A stretch of 64,000 bases of DNA, from NCBI GenBank assembly GCA_951804945.1, contig OX638149.1:19034001-19098000 (forward strand), read 5' to 3'. Positions within the stretch are counted from its first letter, which is position 1; every line of letters begins with the position of its first letter. Origin of the DNA: Podarcis cretensis. Its lineage: Eukaryota. Both the position numbers and the translations under genes were made by a program. Below, piece by piece: positions 60,552-64,000 of the stretch. Under the pieces are notes generated by a model, which was given only the letters and a program-made list of their open reading frames with translations, ran no database searches and was not told the DNA's origin.

Positions 60552-60872
60552 AAGCAACAACCCTATCAGGTAGGTCAGTTATTGTTTCCATTTTGCAGAA
60601 GAAGACACTGAGGCTGACTTGGATAGGACTGCTTAATTAGTCCATAGAAACAGTTGACACTACCCATTGGATCAAATCAGTTAATGGCTCCGAAGGCAAT
60701 CGTAACAGGCTATTATTGTTCTTAGCACAATGCTGATGGGTATTCTTTGAAGATACATTCAGGAAAGCCACATCAGACCCGCCTGTTATTTTGCTCTGCA
60801 GACAGACTCGGTTGCAAAACATTTTTAAATCATTTGAAGAAAGACAAGCAGGATGGGGAATATAAATATATA

Positions 60873-61235
60873 TAAATGGCCTCGGTCCTGCATACTTGAA
60901 GGAGCGTCTCCTCCCCCATCGTTCAGCCCCAACACTGAGATCCAGCTCTGAGGGCCTTTTGGTGGTTCCCTCACTGAAAGAAGTGAGGTTACAGGGAACC
61001 AGGCAGAGGGGCTTCTCAGTAGTGGCGCCTGCCCTGTGGAACTCCGTCCCATCAGATGTCAAGGAAATAAGCAACTATCCTGCTTTTAAAAGACATCTGA
61101 AAGCAGCCCTGTTGGAAGTTTTTAATGTTTAATGCTGTATTGTATTTTTAATATTCTATTGGGAGCTGCCCAGAGTGGCTGGGGAAACCCAGATGGGTGG
61201 GGTATAAATATATTATTATTATTATTATTATTATT
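60873..61235 (+). mobile_element. L2 LINE 3' fragment just upstream of exon 2
   Basis: NGLGPAYLKERLLPHRSAPTLRSSSEGLLVVP...FSVVAPALWN; (ATT)n tail. Confidence 0.85.
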
Positions 61236-61384
61236 AAAAAGGTAACCTCTGTGTTTTAAGACAACCCTGTTCTAAGTCAGGCTATAAGAATGCATAAACA
61301 AAATTGCCCTCAGTTCTTTTTCCTCCCTTTTCCCCTGACCCTCACTTTCTCTTTTCTTTTTCTTTTTTGCTTACCCACTTAAAG

Positions 61385-61750
61385 CAGAGGCTGACCATGT
61401 GGAAACCGCCATTGCCCACGAGGATGAGACCCTAGCGATAGGAGATCCGGTTGGGCTCGGCCTTGCGACGGGTGGAGCAGACCCCGACCTATTAACCTGT
61501 GGACAGTGTCAGATGAACTTCCCCCTGGGAGACATCTTGGTTTTTATAGAGCACAAGAGGAAGCAGTGCAATGGCATTGGTGGTTCCTGCTACGAGAAGA
61601 ACCTGGATAAGAGCAGCCCTCCCCCATCATCACGCTCCGAGCTCAGGAAAGTGTCAGAGCCGGTGGAAATCGGGATCCAAGTCACGCCCGACGAAGAAGA
61701 CCGTCTTCTCACGCCTAAAGGAATTTGCCCCAAGCTGGAGAACGTTGCAG
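61385..61750 (+). CDS. BCL11B: BCL11B coding exon 2 (CCHC zinc finger ZF0 at 61498-61569)
   Basis: Long pyrimidine tract ~61313-61380, acceptor AAG|CAG. 366-nt phase 1-1 exon encoding (P)[14 protein letters not shown]...[30 protein letters not shown]...[32 protein letters not shown](G). Donor GTACAG at 61751. Splices in frame to exon 1. Confidence 0.97.
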
Positions 61751-64000
61751 GTACAGCATGTTTTATTGTTTTTATACATTAAGTCATGTATGGTCTTCCA
61801 CCACTGTCCTAACAACCATCCTCTACTTTTCCAGAGAGAGAGAGAGAGAGAGACTTGTGGAAAGTCCCGATAATTCTTAAGACTTCTGTAGTAGCCAGGG
61901 GTGGGGTGGGGATCAAACGTCTGCCCCATGCTTTGGAGAACCCATTTCTTTTCAGGCTTCTGTGGAACCTGTTCTAAATAGGATTTCGTTCCATGGGCAG
62001 TAGAGGGCCCTTTGCCAATCTGATTTTTGCGAGGGATGGCATAGGCCATGGTGGGCATTGGGGGGGGGGGCAGGTTTCTGAGCCCTCATTTGGCAACTGT
62101 GATACTCAGTGCTTTTTCTCTCTCTAGAAAACTCACCATGATGTTGTTAGAGTAAGTGCCGCACTTTTTAACAACAGGAAAAGAGGTACTGCATACCATT
62201 GAGTACCCCCTGGAAAAAAGCACTGGTGCTACATGGGTAAGGGGTTAGGAAAGGCCGGCTACCTCTCCCCTACTCCCATCCGCGACAGGTATCGGCCTGC
62301 CCCATAGTTCACAACTGGAAGACAATCTGCTTGGCGATAATGCTGAAAGCCTCACTTAGAAAACTTGGCTTTGGAAAGGTCTCACCTGGACAAAACGCAA
62401 CGCCAGAGTTTCAGAGACGTTAATAAATGCAGATTTCTTCTTTGAGCTGTAATGCAGACAAAGGTAGCATCTCCATTAACTAGAAAACAGAAGAAAAATG
62501 GTTGAGGTAGGCTTTCTGCAGGGTTAAACACCCTTGGAGGTAAATATCAACCCACTTTCCCAAGGCAGACTGATGTCTGGACTAGGTAAAGAAAATGTCT
62601 TGGCTGACTTTTCTGCTAGCTCATCTTGACCACAAATGTAGATGCACCCTCTTTGTCTACGCAGGACAGTAAGTCAGAAGGGGATATCCTTTGATGGGGT
62701 GGGGGGCTTTTCTTTCTAGGGGGCTGCACTCTATTGGTGGGCAAAGCAGTGGATGCACCTTTTGACGTTTGCACATACATACCCAAAAGCAAAAGCAAGA
62801 ATTTTCCACGCCCTCTGCGTTCTTCAGACAAGAGGTGTTATCATTGCTCAGAGTTACATCCCAGCTAGGAGGTTGGGAAGCAGGACACCAGTGTGGTACA
62901 TGGCGTGTGTGTGTGTGCGTGCATTCTGAGGGCTGGAAAGTGAACATAGGAAGGCCACATTTTTAAAAAAACTTTGGATTTAATATTTGTACGTTGCTTT
63001 CCCAACAACGTTGAGCTCGAAGCAGATTGCAAGAATAAGCAAACAACATTTCCACCAGTTTTAACTGTATATCCCAAATCGCAGCAGCATATAAGCACAA
63101 AGCGAAAGCAAAACCATTCCACAAACAACTGATGCTGGTAAATGCAAGCTCATAATAATTCAAAAATAACATTTGCCCCCTGGGGGCTTGAGTTTCCTGA
63201 CCCCTGCCCATATACAGTGATGTGAGGGGGTGAGGAAGGGCAGTTGCCTTTGGTAGGAGGAAGACGTGAACCTGAACAACAGAAATGTGTAGACCGCAAA
63301 TAAGAAATGGCTTCCTTTCTTCTCCCCGCCACCCCGCAGTGAAACCTGTTTGTTGTAGTTCCTGTAGGTTCTTACCACCCTTGCAACTCTACTATTGCCA
63401 GGTGTCCGCCACAGTTAAATTGGTTTAAAACTGGATTAGGTGTGCGCTTATAGACAGGACAATACAAAACTAAACAGGTGCGCTTGTAAGCTGGATGTGT
63501 TAAGGTGCTTGTGCGTAGGCAGAACTGATCTCATTGGTTTTGGAAGCCCTTGAACAGGCCTCTGCCATTTCTGATATTTAAGTGCCCCATATGTTCCTAA
63601 ATCTGGAGCAAAGAAAGGAAAGAGAGAGAGAGGAAACCACAGCACCTTTATAAATGCTTCACCCCAGAAATGAGTTTCTGCGAAGTACAGGGCGGAAAAA
63701 ACAGCGCGAGGTGGTCTGAGGCCAGAAGATGACAAGTATGGTGTATTTTCATTTCTAAAGTGCCTGGACGTTGCGGTGAAATTAGTTGTGTAGGTCAAAG
63801 CTGCCTTGAGGCTGTCTTTACCATGTGCAGTCAACACTTCTTCAGCAGATTGCCACTGGTCTTCTTAAAGGGTTATTACGGAAAGGAGGACTGTGCCATC
63901 CACCTGGATGAGCACCTTAAAGAAATTGCCTTGAACTGCGCACAATGCAGAATAACTTTTTTTCTTTTTCTTTAGCACTGGGCGGCCGTAGAAAACTCTC
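61751..64000 (+). other. BCL11B: BCL11B intron 2 (partial, runs off window)
   Basis: Donor GT at 61751; no recognisable downstream BCL11B exon before the window end. Confidence 0.85.
62107..62225. mobile_element. hAT-type MITE
   Basis: TIR CAGTGCTTTTT / AAAAAGCACTG; imperfect 8-bp TSD GTGATACT/GTGCTACA. Confidence 0.65.

Larger units (their letters stand above)
42309..61384 (+). other. BCL11B: BCL11B intron 1 (~19.1 kb)
   Basis: GT...AG boundaries joining exons 1 and 2 in frame. Confidence 0.93.

Noticed and set aside
61399-61782. ORF track call 'METAIAHED...' as a standalone gene
   Set aside because: It is BCL11B exon 2 read from an internal GTG and running into intron 2.

Overview
Vertebrate genomic DNA, almost certainly from a lacertid lizard (Podarcis/Lacerta-type Sauria SINEs, Squam2/3-like SINEs, Bov-B, young L2). 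The one host gene is the 5' part of BCL11B (CTIP2) on the + strand: coding exon 1 at 42251-42308 (MSRRKQGNPQHLSQREIIT, NuRD-binding motif), a 19-kb intron, and exon 2 at 61385-61750 (CCHC zinc finger ZF0). The gene continues past the window end. A broad CpG-rich promoter domain (~35-44.7 kb) and a TE-poor intron with candidate conserved noncoding blocks surround exon 1, while 1-35 kb is densely packed with nested TEs. The most striking observation is a 628-bp non-autonomous hAT element (19354-19981; TIRs plus 8-bp TSD). It carries CpG-rich host-like cargo including the start of the GNAL XL-isoform coding sequence (MGLCYSLRPRLFG), i.e. a Pack-MULE-like gene-capturing hAT about 22 kb upstream of BCL11B. 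Other notable items: an LTR-derived fold-back element, a solo LTR almost entirely occupied by a 219-aa ORF and nested in a ~1.1-kb mini-L1, and a tandem uORF/overlapping-ORF arrangement at the BCL11B start codon. Gene and family assignments come from my recall of the sequences, not from database searches.
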